In this document: positions 6,755 through 15,705 of the stretch, one piece after another | Layout of the letters: each line of letters starts with the position of its first letter | Position numbering within the stretch: position 1 is the stretch's first letter | IMG/VR virus record: IMGVR_UViG_3300036466_000132 | Direction: 5' to 3' (one strand) | DNA from: a virus | DNA: 51,038 nt | Made by a program: the position numbers and the translations under genes | Notes under the pieces: generated by a model | Databases searched by the model: none | Seen by the model: the letters and a program-made list of their open reading frames with translations, nothing else | Told to the model about the DNA's origin: nothing

Positions 6755-7182
6755 GACCTTCCCTCGAACATGGCGCGCTCAGCAGCACGGCGAGTGACGA
6801 GCCCCTTCAGCACCTTCCCGCCCGCCTTATTCCAGCGGTCGAACTGAGCAGCAGCGCCCTTGTAGTCGCCAGCATTCAGCAAGCGCAGCAGCGTCGAATT
6901 GCCGAGGTTGGCTGCGCCAAGGTTGTATGTGAACGAGACCAAGGCGTCGAGCTGGCCCTGCGTCAGCGGAACCTTGACCAGGCGCAGAACCTGATCCTCA
7001 AACCTCTTCACGTCGTCGCGCAGCAGTTCATCGGCTCGTTCCTTGGTGATGACCTGCCCCTCTTTCACGCCAGCAGTTGTGCCATAGCCGATTGTCCAGA
7101 CGCCGGCCGGGCATTTGTAGGCAGACAGGCGCAGGCCCTCGAAAGACTTGATCAGGTCAAGCCCCTTCTGTGATGTGTTCAT
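6751..7182 (-). CDS. Endolysin, glycoside hydrolase family 24 (T4/P22-type lysozyme)
   Basis: MNTSQKGLDLIKSFEGLRLSAYKCPAGVWTIGYGTT...SFTYNLG signature. GGAGAAAGC SD before ATG 7182. The longer ORF-track start at 7257 runs through a terminator. Confidence 0.9.
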   Translation of the reverse strand: MNTSQKGLDLIKSFEGLRLSAYKCPAGVWTIGYGTTAGVKEGQVITKERADELLRDDVKRFEDQVLRLVKVPLTQGQLDALVSFTYNLGAANLGNSTLLRLLNAGDYKGAAAQFDRWNKAGGKVLKGLVTRRAAERAMFEGRS

Positions 7183-7198
7183 GCTTTCTCCGGGCAGT

Positions 7199-7222
7199 AA
7201 AAACCCGGCGCAGTGGCCGGGT
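7199..7222 (-). terminator. Intrinsic terminator after the HNH gene
   Basis: Stem ACCCGGC/GCCGGGT with a 6-nt loop, followed on the minus strand by TTTTT. Confidence 0.6.
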
Positions 7223-7246
7223 AATTTATGGTCTGTAAGGTGTGGG

Positions 7247-7996
7247 CTATTCAACATCCGCCCAAGAGGTGCGGCGTATTATCTCGCCAGCAGTTGAAGT
7301 TGGGATTCCGAAAAAAATGGCCGTCTTCTTGATGCTTCCAGACTCAAGCGCATGCTTCCTGATCTTTCGCACAAGCTCGACAGTCATCTTATTTGTGCTT
7401 TTGTTCCTGCAGTTTTCTGCATGGCTTACAAATCGACAGTTGAGTGGCGAGTAATCACCATCATTGTCAATTCGATCAAGCTCCATGCCATCGGCATATC
7501 CATTTGCGAAGGCCCATTGCGCAAATGACTCAGGGTTATTTGCCCAGTCATCACATACCCTAATTCCCCTGGCGCCATAGCGGCCATAGTCCTTGCTCTT
7601 TGAATTTGTGCATCGGTAGACGGCGCTTTTAATAATTCTATATAGCGGGTGAGTAGATTTTCTGGCCGCCAGTCCATGCGTGCTTCTCGCTTTCAATGCG
7701 CATATACGGCACATCCTGTGCCTATCCTTCTTTGCAACCAGAGATTTTAATCCGCACCCACTACAGACGCGCTCGTATAGGGTGATCATTTTACCGCCTC
7801 TCTCCACTTGAACAGAGCTAGGGCTTAGGCGGTCTCGCTTGTCTTTCATTGCGCATTGATGGCACGTCATAGACAGGTATCTCTTTTTGACAATCGATAC
7901 CTGGCCGCACCCAGAGCAGGTGCGCTCATAGAGCGCTTTCCCGTCGTTCCCATAGCTGTGGACGGAAAGATGAATGTTAAAATCCACAATAGCCAT
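7247..7996 (-). CDS. HNH-type homing endonuclease-like protein (two CxxC zinc modules, nuclease core, C-terminal HTH)
   Basis: Duplicated YER(T/V)CSGCG...C..C modules, then YGARGIRVCDDW...LDRIDNDGDYSPLNCRFVSHAENCRNK and a C-terminal HTH-like tail. Clearly AT-richer than the flanks. Confidence 0.7.
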   Translation of the reverse strand: MAIVDFNIHLSVHSYGNDGKALYERTCSGCGQVSIVKKRYLSMTCHQCAMKDKRDRLSPSSVQVERGGKMITLYERVCSGCGLKSLVAKKDRHRMCRICALKARSTHGLAARKSTHPLYRIIKSAVYRCTNSKSKDYGRYGARGIRVCDDWANNPESFAQWAFANGYADGMELDRIDNDGDYSPLNCRFVSHAENCRNKSTNKMTVELVRKIRKHALESGSIKKTAIFFGIPTSTAGEIIRRTSWADVE

Positions 7997-8071
7997 ATGC
8001 CGAACCTCTCAACAGGTTGGTACTTGGTCAGACACCGATGCCGTTGGCGCGGCATCGGTGTTGCTGTAATT

Positions 8072-8191
8072 TTATACAGTATGCAGGCCGATGGCGAGCA
8101 ACATCACCTCAGCCTCTCGGCTCGACATCCGCGCAGGCAGCAGCGCGAGAGCGGGCGCTATGGCTCGCTCTCGGATTTCAGATAGGGTCAT
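8072..8191 (-). pseudogene. 5' remnant (39 codons) of a phage gene, possibly an SLT/transglycosylase-like lysis gene, cut off at an AT-rich insertion
   Basis: MTLSEIRERAIAPALALLPARMSSREAEVMLLAIGL then HTV-stop. High-GC coding sequence switches abruptly to AT-rich sequence (tgtataaaattaca) and a 12-bp perfect hairpin. Confidence 0.35.
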
Positions 8192-8209
8192 GGGAAATCC
8201 TTCAGGCGT

Positions 8210-8233
8210 AAAAAAGCCCCGGCTGGCGGGGCT
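8210..8233 (-). terminator. Intrinsic terminator (minus orientation)
   Basis: Stem GCCCCG/CGGGGC, followed on the minus strand by TTTTTT. Confidence 0.55.
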
Positions 8234-8250
8234 GTGGTGTCTGTTTCGTC

Positions 8251-8280
8251 GTGACTGGACTTAGCTCTTATGAGTAGAAT
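8251..8280 (+). promoter_or_regulatory. Candidate sigma70 promoter of the acyltransferase insert
   Basis: GTGACT, 18 nt, TAGAAT, about 25 nt upstream of the AGGAG SD and ATG 8306. Confidence 0.4.
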
Positions 8281-8305
8281 GCGCCGGCATTTGTAGGAGC
8301 AACGC

Positions 8306-10285
8306 ATGGAGCCTCGTAGCTTGAACTATCGGCCAGACATAGACGGGCTTAGAGCAATGGCCGTGTTGGCCGTATCCGTATTCCATTTCAATAGGGATTG
8401 GCTCCCCGGCGGATTCATCGGCGTAGATGTCTTCTTCGTGATTTCAGGGTTCCTGATCACTGGGATTATCTACGGCAAGGGGGCTGAATTCTCTTTCGCT
8501 GATTTCTACGGTCGCCGGATACGGAGAATCCTACCGGCGGCCATCTTCGTTACTGTCGTTACGCTCATTGCTGGCTCACTACTGATGATGCCGGCCGATG
8601 TAATAACCCTGTCGAACTCCTCGATTGCAGCAGCCCTCTCAGCCGCAAATGTCTATTTTTGGCTGTTCCTAGACACTAGCTATTTCGCGCCATCGTCCGA
8701 GACTGTGCCGTTACTACACATGTGGTCTCTAGGCGTGGAAGAGCAGTTCTATCTCGTTTGGCCTGCGTTAATGGTCATAGCCATGAAAGTTGGTGGCAAG
8801 CGCTTGTTGTCAGTCACCGCTCTGCTTATTGCAATAGCCTCGTTTGGGGTAAGCGAGTACTACGTTACCCGCGATCCCTCTTTCGCCTACTACATGTTGC
8901 CGTCCCGCGCTGGCGAGCTCTTGATTGGGGCGATCCTGTTCCTATGGATGGACTCCAGGCGAATTGGCGAAGCGGTTGCAAACTGGGCTGGGGTTATCGG
9001 CCTAGCGCTTGTTGCAGGCTCTCTGGTCATGCTTGATGAAAAAGGCGGATTTCCTGGCATCCGCTCCATCATCCCATCGGTCGGCGCCGCACTTATAATC
9101 CTCGGCGGCACCAACCAGGCCGGTCTGCTCGCCAGAAGCCTGGCAACTCCTGTCGCCGTATCAATTGGCCTCCGCTCTTTCTCCTTGTACCTGTGGCATT
9201 GGCCGGTTTTAGCGTTCTATAGGTATGCGTATGGTGAGCCTACGCTGGTGGGCGGCCTTGCGTGCGCAGGTATTATTTGGATGCTCACCGAGCTTACCTA
9301 CCGCATGATCGAGTCGCCGTTCCGGGGATACACGCCTAGCTGGATACTCACAAAAGCCACGCCGATATTCGCTACGAGCATGGCGGTAATGGCATTCAGC
9401 GTTTTCTTGGTTCAAAACAACGGCGTACTTCCAACCGAATCTGCCAAAGCGTATTTGGCGCAGCTAAATTTGCATGATCACAACACTAAGGCGGCAAGCA
9501 AATTTAAGTTTAATTGCCAGATGTTCAAAAATGACCCTGACCTATGGACACAGGATCGCTGCTTGATCGGCGATACATCTGAGCCGGCTGAAGCTTTACT
9601 TTGGGGCGACTCGAATGCTGCACACTACGTTGGGTATCTAAAGGCTGTAGCGGAACACTCGCATGTTGCTGTACGCAATATTTCACACTCTTCTTGCCCA
9701 CCGACCCGCAACCTTGACGGCTTGGTTCCGCCCGCCCTGCAGGAATCTTGCAATGAGTTCAACAACAAGGCGTTTGCGGAGTCGAAAAACTACCGCACCG
9801 TAATTATCGGGGCTGCTTGGAATAACTATGCGAAAGTGAACGGCAAACCTCAGTTCGAGGCGACGATAGCGGAACTTGCTGCCAACGGTAACCAAGTGGT
9901 AATCGCGCTCAATGTTCCTGTGTTCGAAGAGCTTGATCGAATGTGTAGTGCAAAGTCCATCCGTTTCCCCGGCATGGACTGTGCTTCTAAATCGGTATTC
10001 GCCTCATTTGCTGATAGCGACACCAACGCCTATCTAATCGATCTAGCAAGCCGGCACCCAAACGTCAGCACGTTCGGTGTACGTGAGCAGATCTGTAAGG
10101 ACGGTAAGTGCTCCGCCTACCAAGACGGCGCCCTACTGTACTACGACCGCGGTCACCTCAGCATGGTCGGCTCCGAGCTGATCGGCAAAGCCGCGATTAA
10201 AGCCGGCGCGGTACCCCAGCCAATCGCCGCGCTATCCCGAAGAGCCGTTAACACGTCAGTTACGCGAATGGATTCCGGGCGATGA
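8306..10285 (+). CDS. Acyltransferase-3 family O-antigen/LPS acetyltransferase with C-terminal SGNH domain (OafA-like)
   Basis: YRPDIDGLRAMAVLAVSVFHF...GFIGVDVFFVISGFLIT plus about 10 TM helices, then a soluble C-terminal domain (LLWGDSNAAHY). Opposite strand to the late genes and AT-richer. Confidence 0.9.
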   Translation: MEPRSLNYRPDIDGLRAMAVLAVSVFHFNRDWLPGGFIGVDVFFVISGFLITGIIYGKGAEFSFADFYGRRIRRILPAAIFVTVVTLIAGSLLMMPADVITLSNSSIAAALSAANVYFWLFLDTSYFAPSSETVPLLHMWSLGVEEQFYLVWPALMVIAMKVGGKRLLSVTALLIAIASFGVSEYYVTRDPSFAYYMLPSRAGELLIGAILFLWMDSRRIGEAVANWAGVIGLALVAGSLVMLDEKGGFPGIRSIIPSVGAALIILGGTNQAGLLARSLATPVAVSIGLRSFSLYLWHWPVLAFYRYAYGEPTLVGGLACAGIIWMLTELTYRMIESPFRGYTPSWILTKATPIFATSMAVMAFSVFLVQNNGVLPTESAKAYLAQLNLHDHNTKAASKFKFNCQMFKNDPDLWTQDRCLIGDTSEPAEALLWGDSNAAHYVGYLKAVAEHSHVAVRNISHSSCPPTRNLDGLVPPALQESCNEFNNKAFAESKNYRTVIIGAAWNNYAKVNGKPQFEATIAELAANGNQVVIALNVPVFEELDRMCSAKSIRFPGMDCASKSVFASFADSDTNAYLIDLASRHPNVSTFGVREQICKDGKCSAYQDGALLYYDRGHLSMVGSELIGKAAIKAGAVPQPIAALSRRAVNTSVTRMDSGR

Positions 10286-10314
10286 TAGATTTGCTTTAGT
10301 TTTACCCTAGCTCC

Positions 10315-10340
10315 GGCAATGCCCCGCTAACGGGGCTGCC
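10315..10340. terminator. Hairpin between the convergent acyltransferase and tailspike genes (possible bidirectional terminator)
   Basis: GCCCCG-ctaa-CGGGGC with an extended GGCA/TGCC stem. No clear U-tract on either strand. Confidence 0.35.
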
Positions 10341-10345
10341 TCTAC

Positions 10346-12547
10346 TTACGCGCTGATCGCACCAAACGGCTTCCAAGTGCCGGGAGTGCCTGCGGCTGTA
10401 CATACCCACCCAATGGTCCCTCCTGCGGAAGCTGCGGTATTCCATACAACGTCGTTTCGTGCCCAGCTGCCTGCGGTCGGGGCTCCGCTGCTCCACGACT
10501 CCTTTCGGTTCCATGTATTTCCATATTCGTAAAGGGACGTTACGCCCGCGCCCGTTACCTGGAGAAAGCCGTGGATGTACGATCCAAGCGCAGTGTTTCC
10601 CTTGATCTGCGCAGCAGCCACTCCTGAAGTTCCGCCCACTCTGAACGCACGCTGACCAAGAGTGCCTCCGTCGGTAACGCTGCGGACCAGATTGTTTGCC
10701 AATGATAAGAAATTGACTTCCTCGGCGAATATGCCGGTAGCAGTGGAGGCAAAAACCTCATTGTTCGATATGTCGATGCTAAGATTCGGCTGCGCCCCGA
10801 CAGAACCTATACCTGCACCACCCGCGTAGTTGACCATGTTCCCCCGGATCATAGCTAGGCCGTCGCAACCCGCAAACGCGATCCCCTGCGCCCCTGCATT
10901 TTTTACTATGTTGTCGCACACTTGGAAGGAAGTGGCTTTGTTCAGGTAAATGCCGATATCCCCAGCACTGTCGACTATATTTCCGCTGATCAGGATGTTC
11001 TGCGGTGCGGTGTCAGCGCTACTAACTTCAATCCCTCTGTAGGGGCAGTTGGAAATCATGTTATCGGTGATAACGTACCTTCCAGATACCGGAGCCAGCG
11101 TTGCGCTGACGAGATGTATCCCGCCCCCGTAACCCTTCCCGACATCCACGAAACTATTCATCTGGTTTCCGGTGATGGTCAGGTTACGGGCGTTAACCTT
11201 CCCTCGGATGGGTGTGACTCTGCTGCTGATGAACAGGTTGTTTGATATGTTTACGTCCTCGGCCCAGGCGTAAGCATCGATCACGCCAACACCGCTTCCA
11301 TCGGTAAAACGCCCGTACCCCCTGAACTGGTTGTTCGTGATCTGGACCTTCGTATACGAAGCAACCGACGTATCAACCCCCGCGATAGCGATGGCGCTGA
11401 TGCCTTGGTTGAGGGTCGTAAGACCGTGATCGAAGTCGCAGCCGTCTACGATGAGTTCAGCACCATCGGCGGCGAACACGGTGAAGGTGTTGTACACCCC
11501 GCTTTGGCTCGCGGTGCCTCCACGAAACGCGGAGTTGCGAATTACCAGGCGGTCTCGGGTGGCTGCGTCCTTGTCGCCGCGCACACGGACGGCCCCCTCG
11601 CAGAAATCCTTTAGCAGGCAGTTTTCTAAGACGAGGTTGATGCCGCCAACTTCGCTATTGATGAGGAATTTCCCAGATCCAAACGTCTGACCGGTATTGT
11701 TTTGGTTGAGAGTCAGCCCAACTAGACGGACCTCCGCCCCCGCTCCTGTGACGCTTAAACCAGTCCGATCGGAGCCGCTCAGCTGCCGGAGTTCCGCCAT
11801 GCCCTCTCCGACAATCTCTACTGACGACGGCACAACGATCTGGACGAACGAATAAACTTGCCCAAGGTTAGGCACCACGATCCGGCCGCCTTCAGCAGCA
11901 GTGATCGCAGCCGCGAACGCGGGCGACCAGTCCCAGGTTGCTGGGTCGAGCGGGTCAGGCTTACTAACGACGTGCCCTGCGAACTCCCAAATATTCAGCG
12001 CAGTGGCCGAAAGCCGCTCGGACACGGTGCTTACGCCGTCGACTAGGGCCGTACGGGACCATCCAATCAGCCCAGCCCCGCTATTTGCTGCCAGCTCCTG
12101 CCGCAGCACGTCATCCCCAAGCAGCACGAGATTGGCCGAGTCGGTCGCCCAGGTGCCAGTCAGTGTCAAAGGAAGCGTAGCGCCAGGGCCAGGACGGTAG
12201 AGCCCTGCTGTTGTGCCGGTAGTCGTCGCATTGACCGCCACATATTCATTGCGCTCGGCCAGAACAACGCCGGCCGCATAATCGCCCTTGCTCACATAGC
12301 CCGAGGACACCAGAAATGCCTGGAACCGGCTTTCTTTGTCCGCCTGGCTCAGCGCGAAAGAGGTCTCCCGGCCTTCCTGTGACGTGTCGAAATCGTTCTC
12401 CATCCCCGCCCAGGACTGGCGCAGCACGCCCTTGCGGTCGGCGTAGAACGGATCGGCGCCGTTGACCAGCTTGTCGAGATTTTCGGCGTTGTCGTACAGG
12501 TCGCGCGGATCGGTCGACGGGACGTTGTTGCCGGTGTTGAAGGTCAT
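10346..12547 (-). CDS. Tailspike / tail fibre with a right-handed beta-helix (pectate-lyase-like) receptor-binding or depolymerase domain
   Basis: Conserved N-terminal adaptor MTFNTGNNVPSTDPRDLYDNAENLDKLVNG. The body carries repeated N-x-(I/V)-x-(N/D) beta-helix rungs. It is the last tail gene. Confidence 0.8.
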   Translation of the reverse strand: MTFNTGNNVPSTDPRDLYDNAENLDKLVNGADPFYADRKGVLRQSWAGMENDFDTSQEGRETSFALSQADKESRFQAFLVSSGYVSKGDYAAGVVLAERNEYVAVNATTTGTTAGLYRPGPGATLPLTLTGTWATDSANLVLLGDDVLRQELAANSGAGLIGWSRTALVDGVSTVSERLSATALNIWEFAGHVVSKPDPLDPATWDWSPAFAAAITAAEGGRIVVPNLGQVYSFVQIVVPSSVEIVGEGMAELRQLSGSDRTGLSVTGAGAEVRLVGLTLNQNNTGQTFGSGKFLINSEVGGINLVLENCLLKDFCEGAVRVRGDKDAATRDRLVIRNSAFRGGTASQSGVYNTFTVFAADGAELIVDGCDFDHGLTTLNQGISAIAIAGVDTSVASYTKVQITNNQFRGYGRFTDGSGVGVIDAYAWAEDVNISNNLFISSRVTPIRGKVNARNLTITGNQMNSFVDVGKGYGGGIHLVSATLAPVSGRYVITDNMISNCPYRGIEVSSADTAPQNILISGNIVDSAGDIGIYLNKATSFQVCDNIVKNAGAQGIAFAGCDGLAMIRGNMVNYAGGAGIGSVGAQPNLSIDISNNEVFASTATGIFAEEVNFLSLANNLVRSVTDGGTLGQRAFRVGGTSGVAAAQIKGNTALGSYIHGFLQVTGAGVTSLYEYGNTWNRKESWSSGAPTAGSWARNDVVWNTAASAGGTIGWVCTAAGTPGTWKPFGAISA

Positions 12548-12622
12548 ATGGTTTTACTCCAGGCGTGCAAATCCGCACGGCGTCCTTGCGGGCCGTGTCC
12601 GGTATGTGGTGTTGGCTAGTGG

Positions 12623-15310
12623 TTAGGCGGGAGGGAATGCATCATCGAACGTGAATAGGCGATCGTCATAGTTGACGGCCTTCACAGAGGCACCGCTATC
12701 GCCACTAGGGTCGATAGATGTGATCAGCACCGGATAGCTCCAGCGATTCATCGGGCCGAACAGCAGGTGCGGAGGCTCGATGCTCCAGCTGGTGTCTGGC
12801 TCAAAATCAAGCGCAGGCACGGTCATCCGGTAGTCATCGACTCGCGTTGCTGTGTAGGGCCCTGATAGCGTGCCATCCGGCCGCCTGATGGCCACGACGT
12901 GCTCGCCGTCGCCCCATGTCAGCGGCTCGGACGATTCCAACATGGTCATCCCGTTGCCAGAGACGAAATCAAGCAGCAGCGCGCTCTGGCCATAGCCTGG
13001 CACGTCATCTGCCGCAGCGCAGTACGACAGGTACCGCGAATTGAGCGCGTCAAGCTCAGTCGACCAGCCATAGGACCAGCGGCGATAGAGCTGCTCCATC
13101 CTGCGCCGCATACCGATGCGCCAGGCGCGCGTCTCGTCAGTAACCCCTTCGACCTTGATCTTCTCGACGCGCCGGCCAAGGTCTCCAGGCAGCCGGCACT
13201 CCACAGTCTCTTTCTGCCAGGTGATGCCGTCCGTGTACTCCACGTCTACACCGTCGAAATCGTCCGGTTGGAACGCCGCGAACTGGCGCGTCAGCTGCTC
13301 GGTCATGTTCTGCGGCGTGTACATGTGCTCGAACGTCGTGCGAGGCTCATCGCGCACTGGACGAATAAGGCCGCGGTCGACTGTTAGCTCGGCGAAGCCA
13401 GCCATCAGCGCGTCGTTGAGCCACTCCTTCACCGTGCCAGAGCTATCAATCGCAGCGTCGAACGTGTCCCCACGCGCGCGCCAGATTGCATCGAGGCGGT
13501 CCAGCTCCTCGAAATCGATATCGTCATCCGTGTAGCCGATCGAATGCGCGACGTAGGCGAACCACGGCGCGATGTCGCGAGTTGGCGTTTCGACATCCCA
13601 CGCTCCACCGTTGCGTACCGGCAGAACGCGGGTGGCCACGACCGACACCAGCTGCTCAGACTGCGATGCCAGGCGATGACCGCCGCGCACGCGGATGGCC
13701 AGCGTCGTGACGTCCTCATAACTGGTTGGCGGCTGCAGCTTTGACCGCAGGCCATACCACTGAACCGTGTCCTGGATGTTCGGGTTTGTCGATTTCGCAC
13801 CGATCCGCCGAACGCGCGCCTCCGGCCTGATAGCAGAGCCAATCGATATTTTCTCGGTATAGCCGAGCTGATCCAATGTCTTGGCGGTGTAGGTCTTCTT
13901 CACTGAAGTCCATGCGCCGGCAGTAGCCATGTCTCGGTACTGCATTTCTACCGTTACGGACCGGTCAATCAGCTGCCCCTTCGAGCCGATATGAATCAGG
14001 CCGCCCGGGAACATGAAGTCGAACTCAAGCTCATCCGTCGTCTCGCCTGCCGGGCATACGGCAAACGGGCCGGCCCAGTCGCCCTCCTGCGTGCTGGCGT
14101 CGAGCGTCAGCTCTGCATCGCTCATGGTCACCGGAGTGAATCCACTCCATGCCGTGTCTGTAGACCCGGTATCAGTGAGCCGATCGACGCTGATGGCGGT
14201 TGCGCTTCCTGCAGTCAGGCGGTAGCGCATACCGTCGTAGCCTACAGCCAGGCGTGCAGAGCCCGGCGACAGGCCAACCACGGGGCTGCCGCTCTCGTAG
14301 TTCAGGGCGATCGAAACAGGCGTAGGGTCGGAGGGCCCTGCCGTGGTTACAGAGGCAATCACGAATGTGCCAGCGATATCACCAGCCAACTCGATGACCA
14401 TCCCAGCGAACGGCTCGAGCTGGGTCAGGTTCCCCTCGAGAGAGCCGCCGTCTGAACCAATCGTATACGTCAGGTACTGCTCAATACGCACGATCATGCC
14501 GGCGTCCCAGCCGTCCGGGAACGCGCCGGCGCCAGAGGGAACGGTGATGGTGTCGCCGCTGAAAATGTAGCTCGAGGCCGTAGATACTGGATCAACCGCA
14601 TAGGTAGCACGCAGCTCGAGACCTGCCGTTCCGCTGCTGGTTGAACCAACCTCGGTCGCGGTATGCCACCAATCGGCCGCACGTTCAGCCGCAACGCTAG
14701 CGCCCGGCTGATAGATCGCGTATTCGGCGTCGGCGCCCAGCGAGATGACAGGCGTGTCGCCGACTAGGATCTCGCTGGCGTTGATCTGGTATTTGCCCTT
14801 GCCGATACATAGGAGCATCTCGACCCACTGAGATTTCGGGCTGCCTGCCTGGAAATACCGGTGCGGCGGTGTCAGGTAGTCGGGGTAAACCTTGCGCCGT
14901 CCCGCGATCTCACGGATAGGCGAGTTGATGCGGATCTTGTTGCCCTTGGCCGCTGCCTCGGCCAGCTTGTCGCCCTGCGTCGTGTTGTTCTTCGGCGTTG
15001 ACGGAAGCTTGGGCATGAACAGCCCTGTGACCACGCTGACCGCCGCAACGATGGTCGCGACCGCAATCAGCGACTCAACGCCTTTTGGCTCGACGCGGAT
15101 CGCTACGACATCATCAGGCCCGAACTCAGCAGTCACCCAGGCATCAGGTGAAATCAGAACACCGTTGATCTCGACGCTGATCGGCGGCGCCTCGCGCTGC
15201 TCATAGCTCGGCACATTCGCGCGCAGCCATGACTCGACAGTCATTCGCTGCAGGGTGCGATGTGTTTCGATAGGCGCGCCGGGCAACTTGCTCGGATAAA
15301 TCTCGATCAT
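12623..15310 (-). CDS. Central tail fibre / host-specificity protein (lambda J-like) with a gpI-like N-terminal module
   Basis: 895 aa, following the K-like and L-like genes. The first ~110 aa (ubiquitin-like segment plus hydrophobic LIAVATIVAAVSVVTGLF) resemble tail assembly protein I. Confidence 0.85.
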   Translation of the reverse strand: MIEIYPSKLPGAPIETHRTLQRMTVESWLRANVPSYEQREAPPISVEINGVLISPDAWVTAEFGPDDVVAIRVEPKGVESLIAVATIVAAVSVVTGLFMPKLPSTPKNNTTQGDKLAEAAAKGNKIRINSPIREIAGRRKVYPDYLTPPHRYFQAGSPKSQWVEMLLCIGKGKYQINASEILVGDTPVISLGADAEYAIYQPGASVAAERAADWWHTATEVGSTSSGTAGLELRATYAVDPVSTASSYIFSGDTITVPSGAGAFPDGWDAGMIVRIEQYLTYTIGSDGGSLEGNLTQLEPFAGMVIELAGDIAGTFVIASVTTAGPSDPTPVSIALNYESGSPVVGLSPGSARLAVGYDGMRYRLTAGSATAISVDRLTDTGSTDTAWSGFTPVTMSDAELTLDASTQEGDWAGPFAVCPAGETTDELEFDFMFPGGLIHIGSKGQLIDRSVTVEMQYRDMATAGAWTSVKKTYTAKTLDQLGYTEKISIGSAIRPEARVRRIGAKSTNPNIQDTVQWYGLRSKLQPPTSYEDVTTLAIRVRGGHRLASQSEQLVSVVATRVLPVRNGGAWDVETPTRDIAPWFAYVAHSIGYTDDDIDFEELDRLDAIWRARGDTFDAAIDSSGTVKEWLNDALMAGFAELTVDRGLIRPVRDEPRTTFEHMYTPQNMTEQLTRQFAAFQPDDFDGVDVEYTDGITWQKETVECRLPGDLGRRVEKIKVEGVTDETRAWRIGMRRRMEQLYRRWSYGWSTELDALNSRYLSYCAAADDVPGYGQSALLLDFVSGNGMTMLESSEPLTWGDGEHVVAIRRPDGTLSGPYTATRVDDYRMTVPALDFEPDTSWSIEPPHLLFGPMNRWSYPVLITSIDPSGDSGASVKAVNYDDRLFTFDDAFPPA

Positions 15311-15705
15311 GACTTGTCCCGGTAGTAGATGACGCGCGCGTATTCGCGCTTGAAATCGGTCAGGCTGAGTAGCCTGGCGCTGGTCTTGGCGTTGCGGATC
15401 TCCAGCACGCGCAGCCCATCACCGAGGTCAACCACAACGGCAACATGCAGGCAGAGCGAGCCGCGGAAGCAGGCAGCGATTGCCCCAACTTCCGGCGCGC
15501 ACTCCTCCATCGTTGCTGCCTCTGCCCGGTACGCCCGGGTGAACTCGGCTGGCTGCGTGTTCCTGACATCGCCCCACGAAGGCAGCAGGCGCTTGCCGTA
15601 GATAACGTGTCGAACCTCCCTGACCAGCCCCCAGCAGTCGTAACGATCCGGCCCGCGTGCGCCGTCCTGGTACGTCGCGCGAAGGTAGTGATCGATCCAG
15701 GTCAT
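15307..15705 (-). CDS. NlpC/P60-family tail protein (lambda K-like)
   Basis: Catalytic context RYDCWGLVREV ... CLHVAVVV. Its position between the L-like and J-like genes fits. Confidence 0.8.
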   Translation of the reverse strand: MTWIDHYLRATYQDGARGPDRYDCWGLVREVRHVIYGKRLLPSWGDVRNTQPAEFTRAYRAEAATMEECAPEVGAIAACFRGSLCLHVAVVVDLGDGLRVLEIRNAKTSARLLSLTDFKREYARVIYYRDKS

